The position numbers were made by a program, and so were the translations under genes. From contig JARLGW010000011.1 in NCBI GenBank assembly GCA_031292565.1, positions 273,256 to 337,255 on the forward strand: DNA of 64,000 nucleotides, given 5' to 3'. Source of the stretch: Paludibacteraceae bacterium. GTDB taxonomy: Bacteria; Bacteroidota; Bacteroidia; Bacteroidales; Paludibacteraceae. The notes under the pieces were generated by a model that did not search any database, was not told where the DNA came from, and was given only the letters and a program-made list of their open reading frames with translations. This document shows, one piece after another, positions 55,687 through 64,000 of this stretch. The first letter of the stretch is position 1. Each line of letters starts with the position of its first letter.

Positions 55687-57651
55687 ATGAAAAGAATACA
55701 AACTCTTATAGCATTACTCATTCTCCCATTGCTTGTTTTTTCTCAATCAGAAGAAGAGAAGAAAGCCGACAAATATTATCAGGATTATTCTTTTTATGAG
55801 GCGATAAATAAATACACTCAAATTGATGATTTAACCGTGGAGGGGCTGCGTAACTTAGCCGAATGTTATAAAAACACAAATCAGTTTCTCGATGCCGAAA
55901 GTATTTACGCTAAAGTAGTAAACAGCCCATCGCCCACAGTAGCCGACTACTACAATTATATACTCATGCTGAAAAACAACGGCAAATACAAAGATGTAAA
56001 GAAATGGTATGAAAAATTACAAGAAGAGTCACCCGAAGATTTACGGGCAAAAAACTTTTTCAGTACCGATTCCGTATTTCAATCCTTGTTAAAGCCCAAT
56101 CGAAAATACAAGATAAGTGATTTGAAAATGAATTCGGGAGCCCAAGATTTTGGTGCTTCATTTTACAAAAACCAACTTACATTTACCTCCTCACGAAAAG
56201 GATTTAATCCCTTTCGGAGTAAATACAATTGGAATAAAAAGCCGTTTCTCGACATCTATGTAGCCGATATAGAGCCTAACTATGAAATAAGCAACATTCG
56301 GTATTGGAATAAAAAAACAAACAAAAAATGGCATCAAGGCCCCATCAGCTTTGCCAAGGATGGAAACTTTGCCGCCTATACAAGAAACAATTATACCGAC
56401 ACCATCCCCAAGGATGGCATTGTAAGGCTCCAACTATTTTTTATCCATTTTGAAAATGGCGAATGGACGGAGCCTGAACCATTCTACCTGAATAGTTCCA
56501 CTTACTCGGTAGGGCATCCCAGCCTTAGCAAAGACGGCAATACCATGTATTTTGTCAGCGATATGCCAGGCGGGTATGGAGGCTCTGATATTTACGTGGT
56601 AACCAAAGCACCCGGTTCTAACAGCTGGGGCAAACCCGTTAATTTGGGAGATAAGATAAACACCGAGGCAAACGAACTCTTCCCTTTTTATGAAGATAAA
56701 GGAGGCCTTCTGTTCTTCTCTTCCAACGGGCTCAACGGACTTGGTGGGCTAGATGTATATGTGGCGACCAAAACGCCACGGGGATTTGAAAATATTCAAA
56801 ACCTGGGTGCACCAATTAATACTCGCTATGATGATTTTTCGTACATCATAGCCGAGAATCATAAATACGGATATCTTTCATCCAACAGAACTTCAGGAAA
56901 AGGCGACGATGATATTTATAAATTCACATTCTCAGGCGATTTTAAGCAAACCATACCATCGCCTAAACCAATACCGGTAAAGACGGATACATTCAAGGGT
57001 TTTTCTTATAGGCTATATGTGTTCAATAAAGAGAGCCACAAACCCATATTCAATGCAGATGTAAAGCTAGGTGATTTTAAGCAGACCACCGATGGCGCAG
57101 GTTTTACAAGCCGAACCATAGTTAATGCTATTGATTACAAGGTGGCGGTAAGTGCCGTGGGGTATAAGGATAAACATTTAAGAGTAACTGTACCCACCTT
57201 CCGCGACGGCTACGTGATGACCGATACAGTTTTTCTTGAACCTAATTTGAATAAAAAGATATTGCTAAAGAATATCTATTACGATTATGACAAATCAGAT
57301 ATTTTGTCCGAATCGTCAGTTGAACTCGACAAACTGGTAACCTTTATGAAAGATAACCCCAAGCTACAAGTGGAATTAAGCTCACACACCGATAGCCGAG
57401 GCTCGGATAGCTATAACATGACCCTGTCTGAAGGACGAGCCAAATCAGCCGTTAACTACATTGTGCATCACGGGGTTGATGCCCTTCGTATTACGGCCAA
57501 AGGCTATGGCGAAACCCGATTGGTAAATGGTTGTGCCAACGGGGTGAAATGTACTGAAGCGCAACATCGCCAAAATAGGCGTACCGAAGTATTCATTACA
57601 GGTGGATATGGCAAGGCACAGGATATAGAGCAAGTAAAAGGAAAGAGATAG
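55687..57651 (+). CDS. OmpA family protein (TPR-like N-terminus, PD40/TolB-like repeats, carboxypeptidase-regulatory-like domain, OmpA C-terminal domain)
   Basis: The C-terminus ..IYYDYDKSDI...ELSSHTDSRGSDSYNMTLSEGRAKSAVNYIV..GYGE... is a peptidoglycan-binding OmpA domain. It is the third gene of the cargo-PorP-OmpA unit. Confidence 0.85.
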   Translation: MKRIQTLIALLILPLLVFSQSEEEKKADKYYQDYSFYEAINKYTQIDDLTVEGLRNLAECYKNTNQFLDAESIYAKVVNSPSPTVADYYNYILMLKNNGKYKDVKKWYEKLQEESPEDLRAKNFFSTDSVFQSLLKPNRKYKISDLKMNSGAQDFGASFYKNQLTFTSSRKGFNPFRSKYNWNKKPFLDIYVADIEPNYEISNIRYWNKKTNKKWHQGPISFAKDGNFAAYTRNNYTDTIPKDGIVRLQLFFIHFENGEWTEPEPFYLNSSTYSVGHPSLSKDGNTMYFVSDMPGGYGGSDIYVVTKAPGSNSWGKPVNLGDKINTEANELFPFYEDKGGLLFFSSNGLNGLGGLDVYVATKTPRGFENIQNLGAPINTRYDDFSYIIAENHKYGYLSSNRTSGKGDDDIYKFTFSGDFKQTIPSPKPIPVKTDTFKGFSYRLYVFNKESHKPIFNADVKLGDFKQTTDGAGFTSRTIVNAIDYKVAVSAVGYKDKHLRVTVPTFRDGYVMTDTVFLEPNLNKKILLKNIYYDYDKSDILSESSVELDKLVTFMKDNPKLQVELSSHTDSRGSDSYNMTLSEGRAKSAVNYIVHHGVDALRITAKGYGETRLVNGCANGVKCTEAQHRQNRRTEVFITGGYGKAQDIEQVKGKR

Positions 57652-57661
57652 AAATTCGTGC

Positions 57662-57695
57662 TAACTCCATAAGGATTAGCCCGTTTCTTTTTATA
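57662..57695 (+). terminator. Hairpin terminator after the OmpA-family gene
   Basis: GCTAACTCC-ATAA-GGATTAGC (8 bp with one bulge), followed by CCGTTTCTTTTT. Confidence 0.5.
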
Positions 57696-57756
57696 TGATA
57701 TTTTACTAAATTCGATATAAAAACATATTTAGCCTTCGGTAAACCAATGCGTTTTT

Positions 57757-58030
57757 TGCCGAAGGTAATAGATATAAATAGAAAAGCAAAATAGAAAAAC
57801 TGATTCCCCGAACGGGGATAAATATATGTATTCCCGTTCGGGAAAAAAGTTTCTTGTTGAGATTCTTTTCTATTAATATCAATCTCCTTCTGAGAATAAT
57901 TAGCTGTTTATCAAATATATAATATTTTCTCTTATATTGAACTTAAGTTATAAATCTTCAAAAAATACTCGATTTTAACCGGGACGTATTTCATTATTTC
58001 TATTGATATTAAACCTTAACGGACTAAAAC
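57757..58030. repeat. MITE/REP-like element, copy B (family shared with 41294..41443)
   Basis: AATAGAAAAG (57778) / CTTTTCTATT (57866) flank perfect palindromes ATTCCCCGAACGGGGAT and ATTCCCGTTCGGGAA. The right end ATTTCTATTGATATTAAACCTTAACGGACTAAAAC is the reverse complement of copy A's left end. Confidence 0.6.
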
Positions 58031-58032
58031 AG

Positions 58033-58068
58033 CAAACGGGCTAATCTTTCCTGATTAGCCCGTTTGCT
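58033..58068 (-). terminator. Perfect 15-bp hairpin terminator after the BspA-type LRR gene
   Basis: GCAAACGGGCTAATC-TTTCCT-GATTAGCCCGTTTGC. It lies 19 nt after the stop at 58087. Confidence 0.75.
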
Positions 58069-58086
58069 TTAATATAACTATTCAAA

Positions 58087-59409
58087 TTATTTTTCGGCGG
58101 CCGCAGCAGCTTCTTCTCTGATGTTGCTGAACACCCTCCAACCCGTAGCAGCCCGGTAAGTAGGAGCCGCACCAAGAGGTACGTTCAACGTGCATGAATA
58201 TGAATTTCTGCCCTCGAAAGAGTTCGACTCACATTTGGCCGGTTGTGTTCTTTCCGTGGCTATTCTAGTTAGTTTCAGGCATCCGAAGAAAGCCTCCTTG
58301 CTAATGGTAGTAATAGACGATGGAATAACCATGCTGGTTAAAGCGCCACAGTTGTAAAAAGCCCGTTCGCCAATGGAAGTAATCGATGACGGAATTTTAA
58401 TGTCGTTCAAACCACTGCATCCGTAAAAAGTTTCAGCTCGAAGAGCCGTGATAGAGGTTGGTATGGCTACAGTAGTAAGCTTGCTACTGCCTTTAAACAC
58501 GCCATCGCCCATATTGGTTACCGATGAGGGAATGGTAAATGAAGTTAAGCCCGTGCAATTAGAAAAAGCATTACGGTCAAATTGTTCCACCGAAGTAGGA
58601 ATTTCGATAGACGTTAATTTGCCACAACCTAAAAAGGCACTGCTCCCGATAACGGTTACCGAGGTAGGGATGGCTATGCTAACGTTGCCTTCGCCACAAC
58701 GCACCAGTTTGGTTAATGTTTTATTATAAAGAATGCCGTTTAGTGATTTGTATTGAGAGTTAAGCGTATCCACGCTAATTGTTTTTAAGCTGCTGCAGCC
58801 ATTGAACGCGCTTTCGCTGATAGTGGTAAGCGTAGCTGGGACGGATATGGATGCTATTGCACTGCAACCGGAAAAAGCAAAATCGTTGACCGTGGTAAGC
58901 GTATTGGGTAGCGTAACAGATCTTAATCCGCTACAACCGGAAAATGTTTTTTCGCTGATGCTCGTTATCGATGTTGGAATTTCGATTGAGCTTAACCCGC
59001 TACAACCGGAGAAAACTTCTTTATCGATGTCGGTAACAGAAGTTGGAATTACAACGCTGCCAAGCCCTTTGCAATTAGCAAAGGCCGATTTGCCGATTGA
59101 AGTTACTGTTGTCGGAATAATTACCGAAGTAAGCCTTGAGCAATTGCTGAATGCGCTTTCGCCAATGCCAACTACAACGTATTTTTTGCCTAAATGATCG
59201 ATAGTGTCGGGTATCGTTACCGTGTTATAGTAAGCGTTTGGCACTTTGTCATGTGAGGTAGATTCGTGAAAGGTAACTTCCACGGTAAAATTGGCAGCCG
59301 AAATAATGTTGTAGTAAATAACACTTCCCTTGTTGTTAAGAGCGGAAAAGTTTTCCGCCCAACCATTGCAAGCCAGCAGTAATAAAAAGAAAACAAGCAG
59401 TTTTTTCAT
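58087..59409 (-). CDS. BspA-type leucine-rich repeat surface protein
   Basis: There are about 14 repeats of IP.SVT.IG..AF..C..L.S (LRR_5/BspA type) and the signal MKKLLVFFLLLLACNGWA. The ORF track starts 4 codons earlier, at 59421. Confidence 0.85.
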   Translation of the reverse strand: MKKLLVFFLLLLACNGWAENFSALNNKGSVIYYNIISAANFTVEVTFHESTSHDKVPNAYYNTVTIPDTIDHLGKKYVVVGIGESAFSNCSRLTSVIIPTTVTSIGKSAFANCKGLGSVVIPTSVTDIDKEVFSGCSGLSSIEIPTSITSISEKTFSGCSGLRSVTLPNTLTTVNDFAFSGCSAIASISVPATLTTISESAFNGCSSLKTISVDTLNSQYKSLNGILYNKTLTKLVRCGEGNVSIAIPTSVTVIGSSAFLGCGKLTSIEIPTSVEQFDRNAFSNCTGLTSFTIPSSVTNMGDGVFKGSSKLTTVAIPTSITALRAETFYGCSGLNDIKIPSSITSIGERAFYNCGALTSMVIPSSITTISKEAFFGCLKLTRIATERTQPAKCESNSFEGRNSYSCTLNVPLGAAPTYRAATGWRVFSNIREEAAAAAEK

Positions 59410-59563
59410 AATGATAATCAAGTGTTTATTTTTTATGTTTAAGTTATTGATTTTATGCCACGAAATAGAATATCAATAGACCGTGTAAAAGTAGAAAAAA
59501 ATCAAGCATCAATAGGCTATGAAAATGTCTTTTCAAAATAAAAATTGAAAGAAATTTTACGGG

Positions 59564-62002
59564 TTAAAAGTCTAATGACAACTTAACATTAATTTGCCTG
59601 CTTGTAAGGTAACTAGGTATAGCATGTTGTTGTTTATATATATCCGTCACCCAATAATACGATGCCACATTACTTATGTCGAGCAGGTTGAATACCTCCA
59701 GCCCTAGGTTGATGCTTCGCACGGCTTTAAACACCCCCGTTTTGTCTATCCAACGAATATCGCCTTTCACATACGAGCGGCTTGTGCCTAAATCCACCCT
59801 TCGGTAAGCCGTGGTGCGGTTCGTGTTGTTGTTAGTATGCACTGTTACGTTCGGAGCCCAAAAAGGCAGTCCGTCAGCATAAATAAACTTTAAGTGTACT
59901 TTGTACTTAGGGTATCCCGGAAAATAATCCTGAAAAAACATGGAGAAATTATACCGTTGCTCGTTGGGGCGCGATACGTAACCAACGTTATCCCCCGCCA
60001 CGTCTTCTTTCGATTGCAAAAGCGAAAAACTGATCCACGAATCCGTACCCGGTACAATTTCGCCAAACAGTTTGAAATCAATACCAGCAGAATAAGCTTT
60101 GGCATCATTTTGCCCCGAATATAAAATTTTCACGTTATCCACTGTGTACGAAATAACCCGGTCAGCTGGCTTATAATAGATCTCCGTGGTTAGTTTAAAA
60201 GGTCGTCCGTATGATTTAAAGTAATAATCGGTACCAAGCACAAAATGTAGGCTACGTTCGGCTTTAATGTTGTGATTGAGCTCAACCGTTACGTTTCCCT
60301 GTTTATCCGTCACCGTGTCGCGCATTTCCTTGTAGAAAGGCGATTGATAATATACCCCGGTGGAAAAACGGAAACTAAATTCTTTTTTCCATTTTGGGAA
60401 AAAGGCCACGGTAGCGCGTGGGCTGATTAGCATCTCCTTGTTAAACGACCAATAATTGCCTCTAAACCCGCCAATCAAACTCAAGTTGCCTATTGATGTA
60501 GGTATTTTGAACGCGTCCTGAATAAAACCTTGCGTGCGATATGAATTCAGTTCGGTAGTGGAATAGAGGTTGTAATACATGTTCAATGTCTCGCTGTTGT
60601 AGGGTAGGGAGTACCCGTCTGAATCCCGTAGCTGAAACTCGTTAATTTTGTCCGTAATCTTTTCCTGTTGGATGCCTACACCCCATTCCAACTTGTTTTT
60701 TTTCTTTGCATAATCACCTCGCAATGTCATGCTTTTCACGTTTGCGGTAAGTTTGTCGCGTGCATAATCCTGATACGAGCCCGTACCAAGCGTGCTCCCT
60801 TCCGAGGTACTTCCGTCGTCGTTCGTTGTTGTTTCGCCCAACCAATATTGACCCGAAATATCATAGTTAACTTCTTCACGGGTGGAAAAAGCCGACGCGA
60901 TTAAATTCAATGTCAATGCATTGCTAGGCATAAATTTCAACGTGGTGGCACCAAATAGCGTTTGGAATAAATCCTTCTCCTGCCCGTCAAAATAGATTCT
61001 AAATGTGGTGGGCGAATTTAACGTACCAAAGGTAGTAGTTTCACTTTCGGGGATAGACAGGTACTGATTCCTGGAGAAATTACCTAACACATCAACTTCC
61101 CATTTTTTTGCAAAATGATACGTTATATACGTTTGGTAATCAATAAATTTTTGGTCGTAAACCCCCTTGGTGTCAAGCGTTCCGAGCATGTAGTTGGAAG
61201 TCTTGTAGCGGATGCCGTGAACTTGTGTGAATTTTTGATCCTTGGATGCCTGCCCGATGTAAGCCGAAGCTCCCAGCAAGCTCCCACTAACGGATGCTTC
61301 AAATGCTTTGGGCTTTTTGTAGGTAATATCGAGCACTGACGACATTTTGTCGCCGTATTTAGGTTCAAAACCACCTGCTGAAAAGGAAATATCGGAAACC
61401 AAATTTGGGTTGATAAAGCTCAGCCCTTCCTGCTGCCCGGAGCGAACTAAAAGCGGACGATATACCTCAATGTTGTTTACATACACGCTATTTTCATCGT
61501 AATTGCCCCCCCGAACGGAGTATTGCGAACTCATTTCGTTATGCGAACTTACGCCGGCATACGTGCTTAGAAGTGATTCTATACCTCCTCCGGCTGCATC
61601 GGGAATGACATTTATTTTGGATACATCAAGCGTGTTCTGGGTGCCGGACTGCTTGCTGAAAGCTTTTACCTGTGCGCTGTTGAGCAGAATGGCCGATTCC
61701 TGTAAATAAACAATTCTTTGAATGTTGCTTTGCTTGCCGTTTTTTATTTTCAGATAAAAAGGTTCGCAACCCATGTAGGAATATTTTATGGTCGCGGTGT
61801 CGGTAACTGGAATTGAAAAATTGTAGTATCCATCTTCGCGGGTGGTGGTGCTTAGGGTTGTACCTACTACCTGAATGGTTACAAATGGTTCGGGCTCACG
61901 GGTGGGACTGTAAACATAACCATACACGTGCATGTTTGTTCTTGCCATGAGCAACGTGGGTAGAACTAAACACGCGAAGATGATAATTATGTTTTTTTTC
62001 AT
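59564..62002 (-). CDS. TonB-dependent receptor with N-terminal carboxypeptidase-regulatory-like domain
   Basis: 812 aa with a signal peptide. It has a CarboxypepD_reg-like start (..VYGYVYS....PFVTIQVVGT....T..DGYYNF), a plug region, and a beta-barrel ending in ..LSLDF (terminal aromatic residue). Confidence 0.85.
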   Translation of the reverse strand: MKKNIIIIFACLVLPTLLMARTNMHVYGYVYSPTREPEPFVTIQVVGTTLSTTTREDGYYNFSIPVTDTATIKYSYMGCEPFYLKIKNGKQSNIQRIVYLQESAILLNSAQVKAFSKQSGTQNTLDVSKINVIPDAAGGGIESLLSTYAGVSSHNEMSSQYSVRGGNYDENSVYVNNIEVYRPLLVRSGQQEGLSFINPNLVSDISFSAGGFEPKYGDKMSSVLDITYKKPKAFEASVSGSLLGASAYIGQASKDQKFTQVHGIRYKTSNYMLGTLDTKGVYDQKFIDYQTYITYHFAKKWEVDVLGNFSRNQYLSIPESETTTFGTLNSPTTFRIYFDGQEKDLFQTLFGATTLKFMPSNALTLNLIASAFSTREEVNYDISGQYWLGETTTNDDGSTSEGSTLGTGSYQDYARDKLTANVKSMTLRGDYAKKKNKLEWGVGIQQEKITDKINEFQLRDSDGYSLPYNSETLNMYYNLYSTTELNSYRTQGFIQDAFKIPTSIGNLSLIGGFRGNYWSFNKEMLISPRATVAFFPKWKKEFSFRFSTGVYYQSPFYKEMRDTVTDKQGNVTVELNHNIKAERSLHFVLGTDYYFKSYGRPFKLTTEIYYKPADRVISYTVDNVKILYSGQNDAKAYSAGIDFKLFGEIVPGTDSWISFSLLQSKEDVAGDNVGYVSRPNEQRYNFSMFFQDYFPGYPKYKVHLKFIYADGLPFWAPNVTVHTNNNTNRTTAYRRVDLGTSRSYVKGDIRWIDKTGVFKAVRSINLGLEVFNLLDISNVASYYWVTDIYKQQHAIPSYLTSRQINVKLSLDF

Positions 62003-62102
62003 TTACGTGGTGTTTTTGTAAGAATAGCATTGCAAAGAAAAGGCTTAAATGCTAAAAAAACAAGGTGAGATTTTATAAATATAAATAATAATAGATATGC
62101 TT

Positions 62103-64000
62103 TTACTCTATGATATTTAACTTGGCGTATTTGAGCAACAGGTTCTTTTGCCCCACGCTGTCGAACGAAACGATAGCACGTGCATCCGAACCCTCTCCCG
62201 ATAGGGAAATAACTGTACCCTGCCCGAATATAGCATGTTCTATCAATGCTCCTTCGTGCAACCCGTTTATTTCTTTTGTTTGCCCCATAGCATCGGGTGA
62301 TGATGTTATTTTGCGTAAAGGTTTTTGCGACTGAAAGGAGTTTGGGGTAACCTTAGGCATGGAGGTCTGCTGAAAACTACTTGACTTACGTTCAAAAAAC
62401 GAACTTTTAAACTCGGTATCCCGATTTGATATACTCTGAAAATCCTGTTGGGGTAGATTCAAGTATTTGGGGTCAATGTCTTTAATGAAACGGCTGGGGT
62501 TGCAAAAATTGTTTTTCCCGTTGCGGAAACGTGATTTTGCATAGCTGATGTGACAGGTTTCCTTGGCACGGGTAATGGCCACGTAGAAAAGCCTTCGCTC
62601 TTCCTCCAAATCTCGTTCGGAAGATAAGGATCGAGCGGAGGGAAATAATTCCTCTTCCATCCCCACGATGAATACATGCTTAAATTCGAGGCCTTTAGAA
62701 GCATGTACTGTCATCAGCGTAACCCGGTTGTTATCATCCTCATCCGTTTTATCCTGATCGGTAAGGAGCGATACTTCCGATAAGAAGTCGGCCAAATACA
62801 CGGTACTCCCGTCTTCTTCCGCACGCATTTCGCAGAATTCGTGTATGGCTTTCAGTAATTCCTCAATATTATCTTTCCGACTTAAATTTTCCGGCGTATT
62901 GTCCATCAACGCTTCGGTTAAGATTCCCGAAGCCTTTACGATGGCGGTACCCAACTCGTAGGCATTAAGCTCCGATAGCAAGCTGATAAATGGGCTGATA
63001 ATATCCCTGAATTTACTCAGTTTGCTAGCCGTGCCACTGTTTACGTTCAAGTTGTACTTTAATATATTGGAAAGCACATCCCAGGCACTAACATCTTGCG
63101 TGTGAGCGCAATCCATCAATTTATCAATGGTGGTGGTGCCAATGCCTCTGGCCGGAACGTTGATAACTCGCTTTAACGCTTCCTCGTCATACGGGTTGAT
63201 AACCAGGCGGAAGTAGGACAGCACGTCTTTAATTTCTTTTCGCTGGTAAAACGACAGTCCGCCGTAAATACGGTACGGGATGTTGCGCTTGCGCAAGGCT
63301 TCCTCCAGTACCCGCGATTGCGAGTTGGTGCGGTACAGGATGGCAAACTCGCTGTAGGCCGACTGGGCGTGTATTTCGCCAATGGCATTGGCCACGGTGA
63401 AGCCCTCGTCGTAATCAGAGTACACGCTATATACCTTAATTATTTCGCCTTCGGCGTTTTGCGAGAATACTTTCTTCTGTATTTGCCCTTTATTTTTTTC
63501 AATAAGGCTATTGGCCGCGTTTACAATATTCTGTGTGGAGCGGTAGTTTTGCTCCAGTTTAAAAATCCTACATTCGGGGTAGGTGGTTTTGAAACTTAAT
63601 ATATTATCAATATTAGCCCCCCGGAATGAATAAATGCTTTGGGCATCGTCGCCTACCACGCAAAGCCGATGATGATCTTCCACCAAGCGTTTTACAATGA
63701 GGTATTGGGCAAAGTTAGTATCCTGATACTCATCTACTAACACAAACTGAAAGAAGTCTTTGTATTTAGCCAGAATTTCGGGATGATCGCGAAAAAGGAT
63801 GTTGGTGAAAAGCAACAAATCGTCGAAATCCATCGCGTTGGCTGCTTTACACCGACGTGCATAGATGGTGTATATTTCGGCAACCTGTGGTATCTTGGAT
63901 TGCCTGTCGGTTTCTAACAGATTGTTGTTAGCCCTGTAACTTTGAGCCGTTATCAGGTTGTTTTTGGCAAACGAAATACGATTCTGAATAGCATTCGCCT
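62103..64000 (-). CDS. UvrD/PcrA-type ATP-dependent DNA helicase (C-terminal ~630 aa; N-terminus beyond window end)
   Basis: The frame stays open to position 64000 (..ISFAKNNLITAQSY..VAEIYTIYARRCKAANAMDFDDLLL..). VDEYQDTN, ..VGDDAQSIYSFRGA.., LEQNYRS, TVHASKGLEF and VAITRAK motifs are present. The C-terminus is a Tudor-like domain. Confidence 0.9.
   Translation of the reverse strand, partial: ANAIQNRISFAKNNLITAQSYRANNNLLETDRQSKIPQVAEIYTIYARRCKAANAMDFDDLLLFTNILFRDHPEILAKYKDFFQFVLVDEYQDTNFAQYLIVKRLVEDHHRLCVVGDDAQSIYSFRGANIDNILSFKTTYPECRIFKLEQNYRSTQNIVNAANSLIEKNKGQIQKKVFSQNAEGEIIKVYSVYSDYDEGFTVANAIGEIHAQSAYSEFAILYRTNSQSRVLEEALRKRNIPYRIYGGLSFYQRKEIKDVLSYFRLVINPYDEEALKRVINVPARGIGTTTIDKLMDCAHTQDVSAWDVLSNILKYNLNVNSGTASKLSKFRDIISPFISLLSELNAYELGTAIVKASGILTEALMDNTPENLSRKDNIEELLKAIHEFCEMRAEEDGSTVYLADFLSEVSLLTDQDKTDEDDNNRVTLMTVHASKGLEFKHVFIVGMEEELFPSARSLSSERDLEEERRLFYVAITRAKETCHISYAKSRFRNGKNNFCNPSRFIKDIDPKYLNLPQQDFQSISNRDTEFKSSFFERKSSSFQQTSMPKVTPNSFQSQKPLRKITSSPDAMGQTKEINGLHEGALIEHAIFGQGTVISLSGEGSDARAIVSFDSVGQKNLLLKYAKLNIIE

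Noticed and set aside
57674-58047. A possible invertible promoter (phase-variation shufflon): 13-bp inverted repeats GATTAGCCCGTTT flanking ~350 bp.
   Set aside because: Both flanking genes converge on the region, so an internal promoter could drive neither of them. No recombinase gene is nearby. One repeat is part of a perfect terminator hairpin. A repeat-element insertion explains the pattern better.
59564-62002. The TonB-dependent receptor as the SusC of the pectin PUL.
   Set aside because: It is 26 kb away on the opposite strand and has no SusD-like gene next to it. At 812 aa it is shorter than typical SusC-like proteins.
1-64000. A search by eye for tRNA/rRNA genes, CRISPR arrays, transposases, integrases, restriction-modification or toxin-antitoxin pairs, and riboswitches upstream of the TonB receptor or transporters.
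   Set aside because: I found no cloverleaf-like or rRNA-like segments and no regularly spaced direct repeats. No ORF has DDE, tyrosine- or serine-recombinase motifs. The leaders upstream of 62002 and 59421 are too short and unstructured for known riboswitches. A covariance-model scan (Infernal/Rfam, tRNAscan-SE) would be needed to be sure.

Overview
This 64-kb segment reads as a Bacteroidota chromosome. The evidence is type-B T9SS cargo genes followed by PorP/SprF genes, TAnnTTTG -7 boxes close to start codons, and many SPI/SPII signal peptides. All family calls come from motif recognition by eye; no searches were run. I see about 46 protein genes. I found no rRNA, tRNA, CRISPR array, transposase or integrase.

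Layout:
- 1-4.3 kb (-): a repeat-rich T9SS type-B cargo gene followed by a partial PorP/SprF gene.
- 4.6-8.3 kb: a GT4 glycosyltransferase and an MscS-family channel.
- 8.5-13.2 kb (-): a tolC-macA-macB(ATPase)-macB(permease) efflux operon.
- 13.4-22.8 kb (-): a CusCBA-type heavy-metal RND locus. It is preceded by three small metal-binding proteins, interrupted by repeat elements, and carries a pectate-lyase-fold beta-helix gene between cusA and cusC.
- 23-25.1 kb (-): a lipoprotein and a YtxH / Holin-X-like / coiled-coil triad.
- 25.4-33.3 kb (+): a pectin/RG-I cluster (GH105, CE12, GH43, GH28, DUF4861-like) with a low-GC membrane gene inserted.
- 33.4-36.8 kb (+): a frameshifted LRR gene and two coupled secreted hypotheticals.
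- 36.9-41.3 kb (-): a DEAD-box helicase, a small conserved protein, a very low-GC PD-(D/E)XK nuclease and a nitroreductase.
- 41.5-45.5 kb (-): a GDP-D-glycero-alpha-D-manno-heptose operon (GT4-hddA-gmhA-hddC-gmhB).
- 45.7-48.3 kb (-): an aminotransferase preceded by a mini-ORF plus terminator, and an acyltransferase-3 gene.
- 48.6-57.7 kb (+): a 2024-aa T9SS type-B cargo gene, then PorP/SprF, then an OmpA-family gene.
- 58-64 kb (-): a BspA-type LRR protein, a TonB-dependent receptor and a partial UvrD/PcrA helicase.

The candidates most worth follow-up are:
- the promoter / mini-ORF / terminator unit upstream of the aminotransferase, a possible leader-peptide attenuator;
- the beta-helix gene embedded in the metal-efflux operon, together with its accessory trio;
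- the low-GC PD-(D/E)XK gene wedged into an operon;
- two intergenic repeat (MITE/REP-like) families;
- the paralogous, inverted cargo-PorP cassettes.

None of these is proven to be a new system. They are hypotheses from sequence inspection only.
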